Assembly (NCBI GenBank): GCA_963754655.1
Contig: CAVWGN010000001.1
Location: 288,001-352,000 of the forward strand
Reading direction: 5' to 3'
DNA length: 64,000 bases
DNA from: an uncultured Chlamydiae bacterium
GTDB taxonomy: Bacteria; Chlamydiota; Chlamydiia; Chlamydiales; Parachlamydiaceae
Shown here: piece by piece, positions 61,920 to 64,000 of the stretch
Numbering within the stretch: position 1 is the first letter of the stretch
Layout of the letters: each line of letters starts with the position of its first letter
Notes under the pieces: generated by a model
What the model saw: only the letters and a program-made list of their open reading frames with translations
Databases searched by the model: none
What the model was told of the DNA's origin: nothing
Made by a program: the position numbers and the translations under genes

Positions 61920-62974
61920 AACTCTCCCGAAATTTTTGAAGGCTTTTGGCACACGAAAGTAAACTCAACGTCCTCGGGAGAGGCAATTTCATCTGTATAT
62001 CCTTTTAAGACTTTAATGGCGCTAAATCCCACCTCTTTTAGCAGACGATGAAATTGTTCTTGAGTATACCAGCGCATTTTCAACGTTTCATGTTCAGTAG
62101 AAATGATTGTTCCTTGATCCAAAATATCATAACGATATTCGGAATATTCAAGTTGTTGATGACGATCAAATTTCGCCTTTTCCCAACATTGAATGGTCAT
62201 GCCATCCGATCTTATTCCTTCTCTACGCAAACGCCATTCATCTTGAATAGGTGCACTGACATAAATATCATGGTCTGTAAGAATAAAGAGAGAAATGAGG
62301 AGAGACCCTTCGGGCTTTAAATGAAGATAAAAACGTCTTAATGCTTCTAGCGCTTCTTTTTCATCATGAATCAACATAAAGGAACCAAAAGGAATAAATA
62401 GTGTGCCATACTGTTTTGGAATGTTTAGCTGCTGCATTGCTTGTTGATAGAGATTTAATTTTAAACCATGCTTTTCAGCTTTCATTCGACATCTCTCAAG
62501 CATATGGGGAGATAAATCAACTCCTTCCACTTGTAAACCTTTTTTAGCATAGGGAATCAACAGTCTCCCATCTCCACAACCTAGCTCTAAAGCAGGTTGA
62601 CTCTGGTTTTTTAAGATGTATTTTTCATATAACTTTGCATCTTCATACTCTTGATTTTCTGGAAACCAAACTCCATAAGACTCCGAGCTCACTCTTCCAT
62701 AGCCTTGCATTTTTCTTTCCCTCCTTTCTAATAGTGATAATTCTCTATCTTTATGTAGACAATGCTTTGCAAAAAGATCCACAATCAGCTCTTCTTGTTG
62801 TCTGTAAACCTTGCTTTGTTGCAATTTATCCAACTTTTTATCTTTCGGATGTGGAGTAGAAAAAAAATGCTGGGTAGGAAGGATGAGCTGCTTTTGATTT
62901 TTTCTAAAAGACATTCTTCTGAATCGCTGAAATTCATGCAACGGTTGTGAGAAATGAATTCTGGATATTCTCAT
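61916..62974 (-). CDS. Class I SAM-dependent methyltransferase with N-terminal extension
   Basis: ALELGCGDGRL, GVDLSPHML and HLKPEG; ATGA overlap with the NRPS stop. Confidence 0.92.
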   Translation of the reverse strand: MRISRIHFSQPLHEFQRFRRMSFRKNQKQLILPTQHFFSTPHPKDKKLDKLQQSKVYRQQEELIVDLFAKHCLHKDRELSLLERRERKMQGYGRVSSESYGVWFPENQEYEDAKLYEKYILKNQSQPALELGCGDGRLLIPYAKKGLQVEGVDLSPHMLERCRMKAEKHGLKLNLYQQAMQQLNIPKQYGTLFIPFGSFMLIHDEKEALEALRRFYLHLKPEGSLLISLFILTDHDIYVSAPIQDEWRLRREGIRSDGMTIQCWEKAKFDRHQQLEYSEYRYDILDQGTIISTEHETLKMRWYTQEQFHRLLKEVGFSAIKVLKGYTDEIASPEDVEFTFVCQKPSKISGEL

Positions 62975-64000
62975 AAGTGTTGAGCCTCCAAAGAATGATT
63001 TGTTCGACTTTCAAGCTCATGAACAATTTGCTTAATTGCCAATAAGTAATGTTTTTGCCATTCGTGCATCGTTGCTTCTTCAAAAGAGTGCGTATCATAA
63101 CAAATGGAAAGGGTTAATCGATCTTCCATAATGATGGCATTGACCTCAATAAGATGAGGAACTGGATTACGCGGATCGGTTAGATTGGCAAATGTTTCTC
63201 GACAGTTTGACAAGAGACTCTGCGATCCTTGAAGCAAATCGGATCCTACACGGCCGAAATAATTAAATAAAATTTCAGGAGCTAAGGCTTGAAGTTGTGG
63301 GTGTTGATGATGATATTTAGCTACACCAAAATGAAAGTCATTTGGAGCAATCTGCCGTAAATGCTGACGAATGGATAATAATGTCTCCATTAGGCTCGGT
63401 GCTTCTTCTATTGAGAAAGGAAAGAGTGTGGTCAACCAACCCACCGTGCGGCCTACATCAACATGTGGAATGTTTTCTCGCCCATGTCCCTCCAAATCTA
63501 AGAGTAATCGACTCATTTTAAATTGTTGTTTTAAAGAGCTAAATAAAGCAGTGAGGAGAAGATCATTGACATTGGTATCAAACACTTGATGCACCGACAT
63601 CAACTGACGTGTAAATTCCGCATCAAAATGCAACGACACTTCTTTATAATATTGAGACTGATTGCAAGGGCGTTGTTTCTCCGCAATGGAGGGATGATCT
63701 TTTAGCTGCAAGGCTAGCCAATAATCAATGTTTAATTGTTGAGGCTTCAATTCATGAAGAGTCAATGCATAATTAACCCAAGAATCGGTTGTGAGAAGTG
63801 GAGGTGGATTTAAGTGATGCTGGTAGAGCAACTCAATGTCTTCGACAAGATAACGCCAAGAAACTCCATCAATGAGAAGATGATGAACAGCAATAAATAA
63901 ACGCTGTTCCTGATGATTGAGTTGAAAAATCACCGCAGCAAAAAGAGGTCCTGTAAAAAGATTAAAACTTTCTTGTCGTTTTTGTGTGATCTGCAAAATC
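62971..64000 (-). CDS. NRPS C-terminus: epimerization domain (5' part lies outside the window)
   Basis: E-domain core motifs HHLLIDGVSW, DLLLTAL, LEGHGRE, RTVGWLTTLFP and FNYFG; frame open to the window edge; no TE or reductase domain before the stop. Confidence 0.9.
   Translation of the reverse strand, partial: ILQITQKRQESFNLFTGPLFAAVIFQLNHQEQRLFIAVHHLLIDGVSWRYLVEDIELLYQHHLNPPPLLTTDSWVNYALTLHELKPQQLNIDYWLALQLKDHPSIAEKQRPCNQSQYYKEVSLHFDAEFTRQLMSVHQVFDTNVNDLLLTALFSSLKQQFKMSRLLLDLEGHGRENIPHVDVGRTVGWLTTLFPFSIEEAPSLMETLLSIRQHLRQIAPNDFHFGVAKYHHQHPQLQALAPEILFNYFGRVGSDLLQGSQSLLSNCRETFANLTDPRNPVPHLIEVNAIIMEDRLTLSICYDTHSFEEATMHEWQKHYLLAIKQIVHELESRTNHSLEAQHL

Overview
Chromosomal window from an environmental chlamydia (Chlamydiota, probably Parachlamydiaceae/Protochlamydia-like). 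The assignment is inferred from chlamydial gene order and protein forms: nifU-nifS-gpmA-rluB, birA/rodA, lpdA-lipA, long two-domain ThyX, tandem tyrP, and trpS near uvrB. Most of it is housekeeping: mutL (partial), CCA enzyme, rsgA, eno, secA, lpdA, lipA, rodA, birA, thyX, trpS, uvrB, trkAH, tRNA-Arg(ACG) and a peroxiredoxin. Orphan or effector-like genes are interspersed. Four things stand out. (1) An unannotated 18-aa Phe/Trp leader peptide (MISAIFFHPSFFFFFWWR*) precedes the tyrP-tyrP-trpS operon. (2) The 3' end of an NRPS cluster terminates in an epimerization domain with no thioesterase. It is translationally coupled to a methyltransferase and a putative 2OG-Fe(II) oxygenase and followed by an Ntn acylase, with an Sfp PPTase and a DJ-1 protein nearby. 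(3) Several families of palindromic non-autonomous elements are nested inside each other, with readable target-site duplications, next to an IS5-family element. (4) Smaller signals: a NifS/NifU pair lacking catalytic residues, a tRNA whose last base abuts a start codon, a consensus sigma54 promoter on an orphan gene, and an unannotated 28-aa membrane protein. All calls come from reading the sequence; no searches were run.
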